A stretch of 64,000 nt of DNA from assembly GCA_965238075.1 (NCBI GenBank), contig OZ250173.1:3136001-3200000 (forward strand), read 5' to 3'. Numbering within the stretch: position 1 is the stretch's first letter; every line of letters starts with the position of its first letter. Of the stretch, positions 49,665-59,449 are shown piece by piece. The notes below the pieces were generated by a model. The model did no database searches. It had not been told where the DNA came from and was given only the letters and a program-made list of their open reading frames with translations. The translations under genes were made by a program, and so were the position numbers. Origin of the DNA: Candidatus Entotheonellaceae bacterium (GTDB lineage Bacteria; Tectomicrobia; Entotheonellia; Entotheonellales; Entotheonellaceae).

Positions 49665-52016
49665 CTACACGTCTTCAGTTTTTACCACCGCCTTGCCGTA
49701 AAGGTCGGCAATGGCGTCCTCAGTATAGCCAACTTCCCGAAGCATGTCCCGTGTGTGCTGACCCAGCAGGGGGGTGGATTTGCCGGGCACGGCGGGGGTG
49801 TTGCCGAATTGCACGTAATGCCCCGCAACTAGCATGTGGCCAACAACGGGGTGGTCGTATGCCAAAACCATTCGATTGTCGGTGGCATGCGGGTCGTCGA
49901 GAAAAACTTCGCTGTCGCCGCCAACAACGGGGGAGCAAGGGATGTTTGCGGACTGTAGCCGCTTCACGGCCTCCGTCAGGCACAGGTCGGCGAAACGCTG
50001 GGCCAGGGCGTCGGCCGGCGGGGCCACACTGGGGTGCCCCTCCCCTCCCCCTGTTAAACCGCTTGGTTGCTCCGTGCTCGCCTCGCAACCCAAGGTTTCG
50101 CACAGGGCTTGCCGGGCGGCGGGTGCATCCGCGGCAACATACAGCCAGCCATCCTTTACTTCATACAGGCGATGAAACGCCGTCAGGCCGTACTGGCCCT
50201 TGTCAGCCAGGGGACGCGCGGGTTTGCCCTCGTAGCGCGTGAACCACTCGGAGGTGAGCATGATGCCGCCGTTGAGCAGGTTGGTATCGACGCGCTGCAC
50301 CTGGCCGGTGCGCTCGCGGACGAACAGGGCCAGGATGGTGCCGTACGCGCCCATCGCACCGGCGGTGTAATCGGTGGGTGCCAGTTGGGCGGGGAAAACG
50401 GGTGGGTTTTCGGCACCGCCTTGGGCGCGTGACAGGCCCATGAGGGCTTGCGACAGCGGATCAATGCCGGGCCGATGGGCGTAGGGACCCGTGGCGCCGA
50501 ATCCGGTCACGTGCGTTTCGATCAGGCGCGGGTTCAATTCTCGCAAGTTATCCGGCCCCAAGCCCATACGCGCCGTGGCGCCGGGGCGCAGGTTGGCCAG
50601 CATGACGTCCGCAGTCGCCGCCACTTTCTGCGCCACGGTCTTGCCGTCCGGCTCGCGCGTGTTGAGACAGAGGGAACGTTTGTTGATGTTGACGTTGAAG
50701 AAATACGTGCGGCCAAGGGGGCGCGAAATGTCGCCGGCGTGGGGCTCCACTTTGATGACATCGGCGCCCAGGTCGGCAAGCAGGCGCCCGGCGATGGGGC
50801 CGGCGATCAGATTGGTGATCTCCAATACCCTGACCCCTTGCAGGGGCAGGTCGAATTCCGTTTCGGGCAACGGGGCGGACGATACAGCCGCCGGGGTTGC
50901 CGCATCCTCGGGTAGGTCGGATGACAACGTATCAGGCAGTGTGCGCGGCCCCTGAATCCGTCCGGGCGTCTGCGAAAGTTGAACGGGCACGCCCATTTGT
51001 GCCAGCGACCCGACCTCGGGGTCCGTCAGCGTCTCGACCATGCCGTTAGCCTGCACCTGCGGATCGTTCAAGCCCTCTTCAGTGGTCCGCGCCAGGGCGT
51101 ATGGCACGTCGGCGTCCTCGAAGCAGTTGGCCCAGTGGGCGTATGGCTGCGCCACGACCGCGTCGGCAATGCGTGCCCGCAGGTCGAGGTCGGCCTCCGG
51201 GGACACCGGGATTTGCCCGCCGCCGTATCGCGGGTCGTCGAGTACGTCAGCAATGCCCATGACCCTCGCCGCGGTTTGGATGAAGCCGAGGTGCACGCAG
51301 CCCAGTTGCACCCAATTGCCGTCGGCGCAGGCGTAAACGCTGTAAAACGGCCCGCTGCCGGCCGGGTGGGTCTGAAAGGGCCGCGGTTCCAGGTTCTGCG
51401 CCACCACTTTGGGTTGATACAGCAGGGACCCCGCCATCAGGGACGTTTCCACGGTCCGTCCTCTACCCGTCTTCTCTCTGGCCAGCAAGGCCGCCGCAGT
51501 GCCGATGGCGGCGAAGAGCGCCGCTCCGACGCTGGGCAGCGGGTGCACCACGTGCACGGGCCCGGGGCGATAACCGGGCATGGTGTCCAGGATGCCCATG
51601 CGTGCCATCACGAGTTCGTCGATTGCCGGTTCGTCTTTAAGCGGGCCGTGCTTGCCGTATGCGGTGATGGAGCAGTGAACCAGTCGGGGATTGAGGGCGG
51701 CGAGCCAATCAGGCCGCACCAGAGCTTGCTGGTCGGATGAAGGCGGGAAGTCTTCGAGCACAACGTCGGCACTGCGGATCAGGTGTTCATAGGCCGCGGC
51801 CTGCGGCTGTGCCGAGGTGACTTGAGAGAAGTCCAACCGGCGGCATGCCTTGCCGCGGTCCCAAACCAGGTAGCCGCCGCGCCGCGTGGCTGGCGCCTCG
51901 CTGTCGAGCAGCCGGATGACCCGGGCGCCGTGGTCGCAAAGAAACATGCCGGCCATGGCCCCTGCCGGATTGTGGCTCAGTTCCAACACCGTGATGCCAT
52001 CCAACGCGCTCGCCAT
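49665..52016 (-). CDS. Double-domain CaiB/BaiF (family III) CoA-transferase
   Basis: Two repeats: LDGITVLEL/DHGARVI/ADVVLED and LQGVRVLE/DLGADVIKVE/NLRPG; PLLGQHT. Confidence 0.92.
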   Translation of the reverse strand: MASALDGITVLELSHNPAGAMAGMFLCDHGARVIRLLDSEAPATRRGGYLVWDRGKACRRLDFSQVTSAQPQAAAYEHLIRSADVVLEDFPPSSDQQALVRPDWLAALNPRLVHCSITAYGKHGPLKDEPAIDELVMARMGILDTMPGYRPGPVHVVHPLPSVGAALFAAIGTAAALLAREKTGRGRTVETSLMAGSLLYQPKVVAQNLEPRPFQTHPAGSGPFYSVYACADGNWVQLGCVHLGFIQTAARVMGIADVLDDPRYGGGQIPVSPEADLDLRARIADAVVAQPYAHWANCFEDADVPYALARTTEEGLNDPQVQANGMVETLTDPEVGSLAQMGVPVQLSQTPGRIQGPRTLPDTLSSDLPEDAATPAAVSSAPLPETEFDLPLQGVRVLEITNLIAGPIAGRLLADLGADVIKVEPHAGDISRPLGRTYFFNVNINKRSLCLNTREPDGKTVAQKVAATADVMLANLRPGATARMGLGPDNLRELNPRLIETHVTGFGATGPYAHRPGIDPLSQALMGLSRAQGGAENPPVFPAQLAPTDYTAGAMGAYGTILALFVRERTGQVQRVDTNLLNGGIMLTSEWFTRYEGKPARPLADKGQYGLTAFHRLYEVKDGWLYVAADAPAARQALCETLGCEASTEQPSGLTGGGEGHPSVAPPADALAQRFADLCLTEAVKRLQSANIPCSPVVGGDSEVFLDDPHATDNRMVLAYDHPVVGHMLVAGHYVQFGNTPAVPGKSTPLLGQHTRDMLREVGYTEDAIADLYGKAVVKTEDV

Positions 52017-52160
52017 GTGTGTCCTGTCTCCCGCATCGTGCTTGCGTATTGAAAATTGGTTTGATTCCTAAAGCGGCTCATTGTCGACGCTTAGGAATTG
52101 GGGTGTCAAGGATTTCCGGCGTGGGGCCTTGGGCCTGCGGAAGTCCCCCGATGGCTTCGT

Positions 52161-52178
52161 GTTATATTTTCCTATAAC
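52161..52178. promoter_or_regulatory. Putative MazE/PemI operator
   Basis: GTTATA-TTTTCC-TATAAC inverted repeat 50 nt upstream of antitoxin. Confidence 0.55.
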
Positions 52179-52227
52179 CTGCCTCTATTATTCGTGTACA
52201 TGACGTCCCGTACAGGAGAGCAATCCC

Positions 52228-52485
52228 ATGCGTACAACGACGCTTCGCAAGGTTGGCGGTTCGGTTATGCTGGCGGTGCCACCGGCTTTTCTCGATCTGC
52301 TGCATCTGCGGGCAGGTGCCGCGGTCGGCATCGGCGTGGAAGGGAATCGCCTGGTGGTTGAAGCAAATCCGCGGCCACGCTATCGCCTGGATGACCTCCT
52401 CGACCAATGTGGCACGGCAGGCGAGAGAAACGCTGAAGACCGGGAATGGCTTGATGCCAAGCCGGTCGGCGATGAACTGCTGTAA
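52228..52485 (+). CDS. AbrB/MazE/PemI-type antitoxin
   Basis: LRKVGGSVMLAVPPA, RPRYRLDDLL, DREWLD..PVG.E. Confidence 0.93.
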   Translation: MRTTTLRKVGGSVMLAVPPAFLDLLHLRAGAAVGIGVEGNRLVVEANPRPRYRLDDLLDQCGTAGERNAEDREWLDAKPVGDELL

Positions 52486-52817
52486 TGGAGTGCGGTGATA
52501 TTTATCTGGTATCCCTGGACCCGACTTCCGGGCATGAACAACAGGGCCAACAGCCTGTGCTGACTGTGTCGCCAGGGCGCTTCAATCGGCTGACAGGCAC
52601 GCCGATTGTGTTGCCGATTACCCGGGGTGGCGCGTTCGTCCGCATGGCTGGTTTTGCCGTGTCGCTTGAGGGGGCGGGAATACGGACAACCGGCGTGATT
52701 CGGTGCGATCAACCTCGTGCCCTTGATCTTGCCTCACGTCATGCCCGCATGCTGGAGCGTATTCCGGCTGTGCTCATGGAGGAGATGCTGGCGAAGGTCG
52801 TCACACTTTTCGAGTGA
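52485..52817 (+). CDS. PemK/MazF family toxin
   Basis: GDIYLVSLDPTSGHEQ, VLPITRGG, GVIRCDQPRALD; the usual Arg of the G.RP motif reads GQQP. Confidence 0.92.
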   Translation: MECGDIYLVSLDPTSGHEQQGQQPVLTVSPGRFNRLTGTPIVLPITRGGAFVRMAGFAVSLEGAGIRTTGVIRCDQPRALDLASRHARMLERIPAVLMEEMLAKVVTLFE

Positions 52818-52854
52818 GCAGCCCGTTCCATTCGTCTGGCTGTGGAGGAGCAAG

Positions 52855-55263
52855 ATGTCACAGGGGTTGCTGCCCGGCGTCAGGGTGCTGGAATTGGGTG
52901 AGCAGGTCAGCGCATCCTATTGCGGCAAGATACTGGCCCTCATGGGTGCCGAGGTCATCAAGGTGGAGCCGCCCGCAGGCGATGCGGCGCGGCATGCGGG
53001 GCCGTTTCCGGGCGACCTGTTGCACGCCGAGAAGAGCGGCCTGTTTCTGGCCCTGAACCTGAACAAGTACGGCATCACCCTGGACCTGACGCTGCCGAAA
53101 GACCGGCAGCGGCTCAGAGACTTGGCGCGCACCGCCACCGTCGTCATCCAAGATCTTCCAAATGTAAGGCTCGCCGGGTCGGAGTTGGACGGCGAGACGC
53201 TGCGGCAGGACAACCCCGGCCTGATCCTCACCTCTATCTCCCCTTTCGGTTCTTGGGGTCCCTACGAACATTTCAAGGCATCTGATCTGGTTCTGTTCCA
53301 CATGAGCGGCCAGGCACCCGGCATGCTAGGGCCGGTGGCGGACGGCGATGCGCAGCCGCCGATTCGCGCCGGCGGGCATCAAGCCGAGTTTGTAGCTGGC
53401 CTGGCTGCGGCCACGGCGACGTTGATGGCCTTGTACCGCCGGCGGCTGACTGGCGTGGGCTGCCGCGTCGAGGTTTCGGCGTTTGAGGCCATGGTCACGC
53501 AATTGATCAGCGCCTTGGCCAACTGCGCCTTCGACAAACCACCACCGCAGCGGGTTGTGCCGGACAGTAAGGATTCTGAGACCACAGCCCCGGTCGCTTC
53601 GGTGGGCGGGGTGCTGCCGTGCCGCGACGGCTATGTCGCCATTTCGCCGCGCGAGGACGCGCAATGGGCGCGTTGGGTCGAACTGATGGGGCGGCCGGCG
53701 TGGGCTGAGGAGCCGCGTTTCCAAACCCGCGAGGGCCGAGAGCGGCATTTCCGGCAGCTATGGCAGCTTGTGGGGCAGTGGACCCGAACCCGCGCCAAGC
53801 ACGACGTCGCCCGCTGGGGGCAGGAACGCCGCATCCCCTGCTTTCCGGTCAATACGGTGCGAGATTTGTTCAACGACGCCCATCTGAAATTCCGCCGGTT
53901 TTTCAACGACGTCGAACACCCGGTTGCCGGACGCCTGAGGTATCCCGGCGTGCCGTATCGGTTTTCCCACCTGACGCTGCCCTTGAACGCCCGCCCGGCG
54001 CCGCGGTTGGGCGAACATAACGAGCGTTTTCTTGGCCAGTCTCCCACCCCGGCGTCTGCCCCAATCAAAGACCGCACGGATGAGCCGTCGTCAGACCGGC
54101 TGCCGCTGCACGGCGTCCGGGTGGTCGACCTGAGCTGGATCATTGCCGGTCCGACTGCGGCGCGCTTCCTGGCCATGATGGGTGCCGAGGTCATCAAGAT
54201 CGGCAGCGCCAGACGCCCGGACCCGTCGATCCGCGGCGCGCCGTTTCAAGCGTACAATCAGTCGAAACGCTCCTGCGCTCTGAACCTCGCCACGCCCGCC
54301 GGACTGCGCCTCGCCAAGCAATTGATTGGGCTGAGCGACGTGGTCATCGAGAATTTCGCCGCCGGCGTCATCGAGCGCCTTGGGCTGGGCTACGACGTGC
54401 TGCGGGCGATCAAGCCCGACCTCATCATGGTGTCGTCGTCGGGCACCGGGCACAGCGGGCCGGACAAGGACTACGTGGCCTACGGCAGCCTCCTGCAATA
54501 CTATACGGGCTGGAATTCCATCTCCGGCTATCCCGATGGCGAACCCATCAAGGGCGGCCTGTGGGCCGACCCGTGGGTAGGGCTGGAATTGGCCATGGTG
54601 ATCGCGGCGGCGCTTAACCATCGCGTCGTGACCGGCGAGGGGCAGTACGTGGACTATTCGATGGCGGAAGCTTTGACCGCCTGCCTGCCTGAGGCGCTGC
54701 TTGATTTCCAGATGAACGCCCGCGAGCGGCGGCCGACGGCCAACGCCGATGACGTTTATGCCCCTCATAACGTGTATCGCTGCAACGGGCCGGACCGCTG
54801 GATTGCCATCGCCGTAACGCATGACGCGGAATGGCGGGCGCTGTGCGGGGTCATTGGGCGTCCCGATTTGGCCGCGGTGCCGGGCCTCGCCACCGCCGCG
54901 GGCCGCAGGGCGCATCAAGACGAAATCGACGCGGCCATCACGGCGTGGACGAAAGACCAGGACGACGACGAGGCCATGCACCGTTTGCAACAAGCCGGTG
55001 TGCCGGCGGGGCCGTTCCTGGAACCGTCACGGCTCTTCCACGATCCGCATCTGCGTCAGGGCGGCTATTTTACCCGCCTGCAGACCCACGACGGCATCTG
55101 GCGGGACTTGCCGGGCATCGGCTGGCGCTTCGACGGCGGCCCGGCGCCCTATCTGACCCCGGCGCCCGTCCTGGGGCAGGACAACGACACCATTTATCGA
55201 GATCTCCTGGGGTTGTCCGAGGCGGAAATCGCCCGGCTGGTAGAAGAACACGGTATCTATTGA
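52855..55263 (+). CDS. Double-domain CaiB/BaiF (family III) CoA-transferase
   Basis: LPGVRVLEL/MGAEVIKVE and LHGVRVVDL/MGAEVIKI/SDVVIENF; GGAGGAG RBS before ATG 52855. Confidence 0.92.
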   Translation: MSQGLLPGVRVLELGEQVSASYCGKILALMGAEVIKVEPPAGDAARHAGPFPGDLLHAEKSGLFLALNLNKYGITLDLTLPKDRQRLRDLARTATVVIQDLPNVRLAGSELDGETLRQDNPGLILTSISPFGSWGPYEHFKASDLVLFHMSGQAPGMLGPVADGDAQPPIRAGGHQAEFVAGLAAATATLMALYRRRLTGVGCRVEVSAFEAMVTQLISALANCAFDKPPPQRVVPDSKDSETTAPVASVGGVLPCRDGYVAISPREDAQWARWVELMGRPAWAEEPRFQTREGRERHFRQLWQLVGQWTRTRAKHDVARWGQERRIPCFPVNTVRDLFNDAHLKFRRFFNDVEHPVAGRLRYPGVPYRFSHLTLPLNARPAPRLGEHNERFLGQSPTPASAPIKDRTDEPSSDRLPLHGVRVVDLSWIIAGPTAARFLAMMGAEVIKIGSARRPDPSIRGAPFQAYNQSKRSCALNLATPAGLRLAKQLIGLSDVVIENFAAGVIERLGLGYDVLRAIKPDLIMVSSSGTGHSGPDKDYVAYGSLLQYYTGWNSISGYPDGEPIKGGLWADPWVGLELAMVIAAALNHRVVTGEGQYVDYSMAEALTACLPEALLDFQMNARERRPTANADDVYAPHNVYRCNGPDRWIAIAVTHDAEWRALCGVIGRPDLAAVPGLATAAGRRAHQDEIDAAITAWTKDQDDDEAMHRLQQAGVPAGPFLEPSRLFHDPHLRQGGYFTRLQTHDGIWRDLPGIGWRFDGGPAPYLTPAPVLGQDNDTIYRDLLGLSEAEIARLVEEHGIY

Positions 55264-55280
55264 AACGGAGCGGCACCCAC

Positions 55281-56198
55281 ATGACCGTCACGTATGAGAA
55301 AAAAGCCCATATCGCAACTATCACCATCAACAACCCCGACAAGGGCAACATCCTCGACCGGCAGACCTCGGCCGACATCGCCGCGGTTTGGCAGGACGTG
55401 TGGGACGACGACGACGTGCGCGTGGCCATCCTCACCGGCGCCGGCGAGCGGCACTTCTGCGCCGGGCACAATCTGGCAACGCGGCCCGACATCACGCCGG
55501 AGGAGCGCGAGCGGGTGCGCGCCGAGAATATCTTCTGGCCGCCCTCGGGAACGGTCAACGGTGCCAAGATAGGCGCCGACGGACGTCTGGGCGATCACTA
55601 TCCGCAGATCTGGAAGCCCGTCATCGGCGCCATCAACGGCTGGGCGGCAGGCGCCGGTTTCTACCTGATGCTGACCTCGACCGACATCCGTCTCGCCTGC
55701 GCCGAGCACGCGCGGTTCAAATTCGCACTGCTCAGCCAGGGCTGGGTCGGCAACGGCCCCGGGGCTACCTACCTCACCCGCCAGATTGCTTACGCCGACG
55801 CCATGCGCATCCTGCTGACCGATGAGCCGTTCGACGCCCGCGAGGCCCTGCGCATCAACCTGATCAATGAGGTGGTTGCCCATGACCGCCTGATGGAACG
55901 CGCGGAGGAAATCGCCCGGCACGTCGCCAGCTTGCCGCCCGTGGCCGTGCGCATGATGAAGGAATTCGCCATCCGATTCCGCGACATGCCCATCACCGAG
56001 GCGTGGCGCGTCCAAACCCTGATGAACACCCTGCTGACCCAACTCACCACCGACGGCGACGAAGGCCGTCAAGCCTTCCTCGAAAAACGCCCGCCCCAAT
56101 TCACCGGCGGCCTGCGCCAAAAAGGCGAGCCGTTTCCCGACGTCGATGCCGAGCAACGCGCCCGCCTCGACGAGGTGCGACGCGAATTGTTGGGGTGA
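55281..56198 (+). CDS. Enoyl-CoA hydratase/isomerase (crotonase) family
   Basis: ITINNPDKGN, ILTGAGERHFCAG, KPVIGAINGW, AREALRINLINEVV, EGRQAFLEKR. Confidence 0.9.
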   Translation: MTVTYEKKAHIATITINNPDKGNILDRQTSADIAAVWQDVWDDDDVRVAILTGAGERHFCAGHNLATRPDITPEERERVRAENIFWPPSGTVNGAKIGADGRLGDHYPQIWKPVIGAINGWAAGAGFYLMLTSTDIRLACAEHARFKFALLSQGWVGNGPGATYLTRQIAYADAMRILLTDEPFDAREALRINLINEVVAHDRLMERAEEIARHVASLPPVAVRMMKEFAIRFRDMPITEAWRVQTLMNTLLTQLTTDGDEGRQAFLEKRPPQFTGGLRQKGEPFPDVDAEQRARLDEVRRELLG

Positions 56199-56220
56199 GA
56201 GCGGGGAAAGAGGAGATCGC

Positions 56221-56538
56221 GTGCCACTGAACGAAGCCGACACCTGCCGCAGGTTCGTCGTCCCCAAGCTCCTGGGCATGACGCGAATTGGCCCGCCCGC
56301 TCCGTTGGCTCGTTGGCTGCGAGCGCCGTTGCGAGAAGTTGAGACGGCTTATCGCAGGGCTATCGACCTGTTGCCTGAAGAACCGAGATTCGTCCGGGAG
56401 CTGGGGAGGATATTGGCATCACGCGGATTATTGCCACGGAATGAGCGGTGCGGTAGGACATTGCTGGGGCCGCAGAACAAGATTTTGTCAGACAATTGTG
56501 AATCAAAGTTCAAGAATATCATGAAAATTTCGCTTTAA
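56221..56538 (+). pseudogene. Chimeric remnant starting with a type I restriction HsdR-like N-terminus
   Basis: GGAAAGAGGAG RBS, MPLNEADTCRRFVVPKL resembles HsdR start, then unrelated TPR-like fragment (ETAYRRAIDLLPEEPRF). Confidence 0.5.
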
Positions 56539-56850
56539 CATAGACAAGATTCAAGACGTCTTATTGTAGGACTATCGATATTTTCAATGAGGAAGTGATG
56601 TCACACGGCCTTGAGGAGTTGGCGTGACGACGTTTTCCCCAAAGGGTCATTCACGCGAAAGCGGCAATCCACTTCATGCCGGGTCAAGCCCGGCATGAAG
56701 TGGAGAGAGGGTCTATACGCCATTAGACGATGGCGTTCTGGCTGATCGCCCAGGGATGTGACGACGGCAGGAGTTGTCGAGCAGAAAGGTGACAATTGCC
56801 GAAAGTTAGGAGCCAAAGTTCAGAACAAATCTCATAAATTCGTTTTAACA
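56504..56850. repeat. Bipartite direct repeat pair, 310 bp apart
   Basis: CAAAGTTCA-N16-TTCGYTTTAACA at 56504-56540 and 56814-56850. Confidence 0.6.
56646..56704. repeat. REP-like palindromic element
   Basis: GTCATTCACGCGAAAGCGGCAATCCA, then perfect 16-bp IR TCCACTTCATGCCGGG-TCAAG-CCCGGCATGAAGTGGA. Confidence 0.78.
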
Positions 56851-56970
56851 CGAGCGCGTTGGATGCTCAGAAATTAACGGCACTTCTAAAGAACGATTCC
56901 CGTTGCCTTGCAACGCGCTTGCCTTGACGAGGTGTGGCGACACCTCTTTGGGTAATCCAACTAACAGCTT

Positions 56971-57729
56971 CTACTGTGCAACCCAGCCACCATCCACGAC
57001 GACCTCAGTGCCTGTGACGTAGCGGGACTCATCGGAGGCCAGGTAGAGGACGGCGTATGCGACGTCATCAGGCTGGCCGAATCTTCCGAGAGGTATCCGC
57101 GACAGCATGAGGTTGTAGGCTTCGGGGTCGGACCGTCGCCCCTCGGTCATGGGTGTGACAATCGGACCGGGATGAACAGAGTTGACCCGTATGCCCTCTC
57201 TGGCGTATTGGACAGCGGTCGCCTTGGTAAAGATACGCACTGCGCCCTTGGACGCCTGATATTGGGGGGTGCTGTTGTCTGTGCCCACCAGCCCCAGCTG
57301 GGAGGAGATGTTGATGATGGAGCCGCCTCCTGCCTTGCGCATCCCCGGTATGGCGGCCTTTGTGCCCAGAAATACGCCCGTGCTGTTGACGGCCATTACC
57401 CTGTCCCAGTCTGCCAGGGAGGTTTCTTCTACCAAGCTGCTAACGCCGCCGATGCCGGCGTTGTTGACCAGGATGTCCAGCCTGCCGAAGCGGGATGCGG
57501 TGACGGCGATGGCTTCTTGCCAATTGGCCTCGCTGGTCACGTCCAGGTGAATGAAGACGCAGGCGCCGCCGGTTTCGTTAATCTCCGCTTCCACCTGGCG
57601 GCCATCGTCGTCCAGGACGTCGCCAATGGCGACCTTGGCGCCTTCCTTGGCGAACAGCCGTGCCTCGGCGGCGCCCATGCCGCGAGCGCCGCCACTGATG
57701 AATGCTACCTTCCCGTCGAGTCTGCCCAT
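56971..57729 (-). CDS. Short-chain dehydrogenase/reductase (3-alpha,20-beta-HSD-like)
   Basis: GGARGMG, NNAG, NISS, YQASK, NSVHPG, VDGG. Confidence 0.95.
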   Translation of the reverse strand: MGRLDGKVAFISGGARGMGAAEARLFAKEGAKVAIGDVLDDDGRQVEAEINETGGACVFIHLDVTSEANWQEAIAVTASRFGRLDILVNNAGIGGVSSLVEETSLADWDRVMAVNSTGVFLGTKAAIPGMRKAGGGSIINISSQLGLVGTDNSTPQYQASKGAVRIFTKATAVQYAREGIRVNSVHPGPIVTPMTEGRRSDPEAYNLMLSRIPLGRFGQPDDVAYAVLYLASDESRYVTGTEVVVDGGWVAQ

Positions 57730-57779
57730 TGTGAACCTCCTAAAGGAAAGCGCCTAGTCGTATCCGTTCGGAGTCCTGC

Positions 57780-58322
57780 TCAGCTTTGCAGCAACGCCAC
57801 TCGGGTAGCCTCATAACCGGAGTCGTTTTCAATCACGTCCACTTCCACGGCGGTGCCTTCGTTGATCATCTCGAAGGCGTCGCCCACGACGACGTTGCGC
57901 AGGAAGTGAATTTCTTCGTCGGCGCCGATATCGACGTAGCCGTAGCCCTGTTCAGGAGCGACGTGGACGACTTGCCCGGAAAGCCGAGGTCCTGATTTGG
58001 CGGCTTTCAGACGCTGCTTGTCCAGCCCGCGGCGTTTGCTGCGAAAATCGGACAACTCGCGCGTCAGGGCCTGCAAGGCGTTGTGGATGGCATCGTCGAC
58101 GTCTTTGCCGATTTTGGATGCCTGGATAAGCTTGCGGCGCGCCATGGAGAGCATGAAGCGGGCTTCGTCGCTGCCGTGCTGGTGGTGCGTGCTCTTCACT
58201 AAGGTCACGCGCGCGTGGATGATGTCGTTGTGTCGGGCGTTGAGTTTCTCCAGCGAGGACGTGATCGTGGCTCGCAGGTCGTCATAGATGTCGAAGTGTT
58301 GCGTGTCGATATGGATATCCAT
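57780..58322 (-). CDS. HPF/RaiA ribosome-associated protein fused to cold-shock-like domain
   Basis: N-terminal HPF fold (KL...DII.ARV, HHQHG, DAIHNA); C-terminal GYGYV, IHF.RN, G.AV. Confidence 0.8.
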   Translation of the reverse strand: MDIHIDTQHFDIYDDLRATITSSLEKLNARHNDIIHARVTLVKSTHHQHGSDEARFMLSMARRKLIQASKIGKDVDDAIHNALQALTRELSDFRSKRRGLDKQRLKAAKSGPRLSGQVVHVAPEQGYGYVDIGADEEIHFLRNVVVGDAFEMINEGTAVEVDVIENDSGYEATRVALLQS

Positions 58323-58513
58323 TTGTGTACCTCCTTACCTCGTATGGGGTAATGGCGTCGGCAGGTCTTCCGGCGCCTGTAAGAATCATTGTACCCCCTA
58401 CCCGACGCCGCGTCAGCATGGCTTGCGAGGGGGTATGGGAGCATTTAGAATAGCGGCCCATTGAGAATTGCGGGAGGAGCCGGTTACGGAGAGCAGGATC
58501 GACAGGAGCGAGG

Positions 58514-59449
58514 ATGATCGTTGCGTTGGCAGGCGGCGTCGGGGCCGCCAAATTTTTGCGCGGCCTGGTTGATCTCGTGGACCCCGAAACGCTCACCATT
58601 GTCAGCAACACCGGCGATGATCTGCAACGTTTTGGCCTCCACATCAGCCCGGACGTCGATATCGTCGCTTACACGCTGGCCGGGTTGGTCGATGAGGAGC
58701 GCGGCTGGGGCATTCGCGGCGACACTTTCGAGGCCCTGGCGATGCTGCTGCGTTACGGCGAGGCGGGGTGGTTCAACCTCGGCGACCGCGACTTGGCGAC
58801 CCACATCCTGCGCACCGAACGCCTGCGCGCCGGCGAAAGTCTGACCGGCATCACCAAGTCCTTGTGCCAGGCCCTCAACGTCCGGTCGCGCATCCTGCCG
58901 ATGTGCGATCAAGCCGTTCCCACGCTGATTCGGACCCCTGCGGGGGTGTTTCATTTCCAGGAGTATCTGGTGCAGCGCGGCGGCCGGGAGGAGGTTCTGG
59001 ATGTCGTCTTCCAGGGCGTGGAGCAGGCCCGGCCGGCTCCCGGCATGTGCGCGGCGCTGGCGCAGGCCGAGGCAATTCTCATTTGCCCGAGCAATCCCAT
59101 TATCAGTATCGGCACGATTCTGGCCGTACCCGGCGTGCGTCAAGCCATCGTGGACAGTCCGGCTCCGGTCGTGGCGGTCAGTCCGATCGTCGCCGGGAAA
59201 ACACTGAAAGGCCCGGCGGACCTGATGCTTCGTGGTCTGGGGTTGGAGGTTTCGGCGTGTGGGGTAGCCCAGTATTATGGGGATCTGTTGCACGGGATGG
59301 TGATCGACACGCAGGACGCCGGCCTGCAGCCGCGCCTGGCCGACATGGGGTTGCGGGTTGAGGTGACGAACACGGTCATGCGCACCCGCGAAGACAAACG
59401 CGCGTTGGCGCAGACGGCGCTGACCCTGGCAAGGGCGTTATCCAAATGA
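58514..59449 (+). CDS. cofD: 2-phospho-L-lactate/PEP transferase CofD (FbiA)
   Basis: LAGGVGAAKF, NTGDD, ISPDVD, WFNLGDRDLATH, HFQEY, PSNP, GPAD. Confidence 0.97.
   Translation: MIVALAGGVGAAKFLRGLVDLVDPETLTIVSNTGDDLQRFGLHISPDVDIVAYTLAGLVDEERGWGIRGDTFEALAMLLRYGEAGWFNLGDRDLATHILRTERLRAGESLTGITKSLCQALNVRSRILPMCDQAVPTLIRTPAGVFHFQEYLVQRGGREEVLDVVFQGVEQARPAPGMCAALAQAEAILICPSNPIISIGTILAVPGVRQAIVDSPAPVVAVSPIVAGKTLKGPADLMLRGLGLEVSACGVAQYYGDLLHGMVIDTQDAGLQPRLADMGLRVEVTNTVMRTREDKRALAQTALTLARALSK

Noticed and set aside
56530-56560. Second dif-like site (CTTTAACATAG resembles a XerD arm)
   Set aside because: No credible XerC arm at 6-bp spacing.
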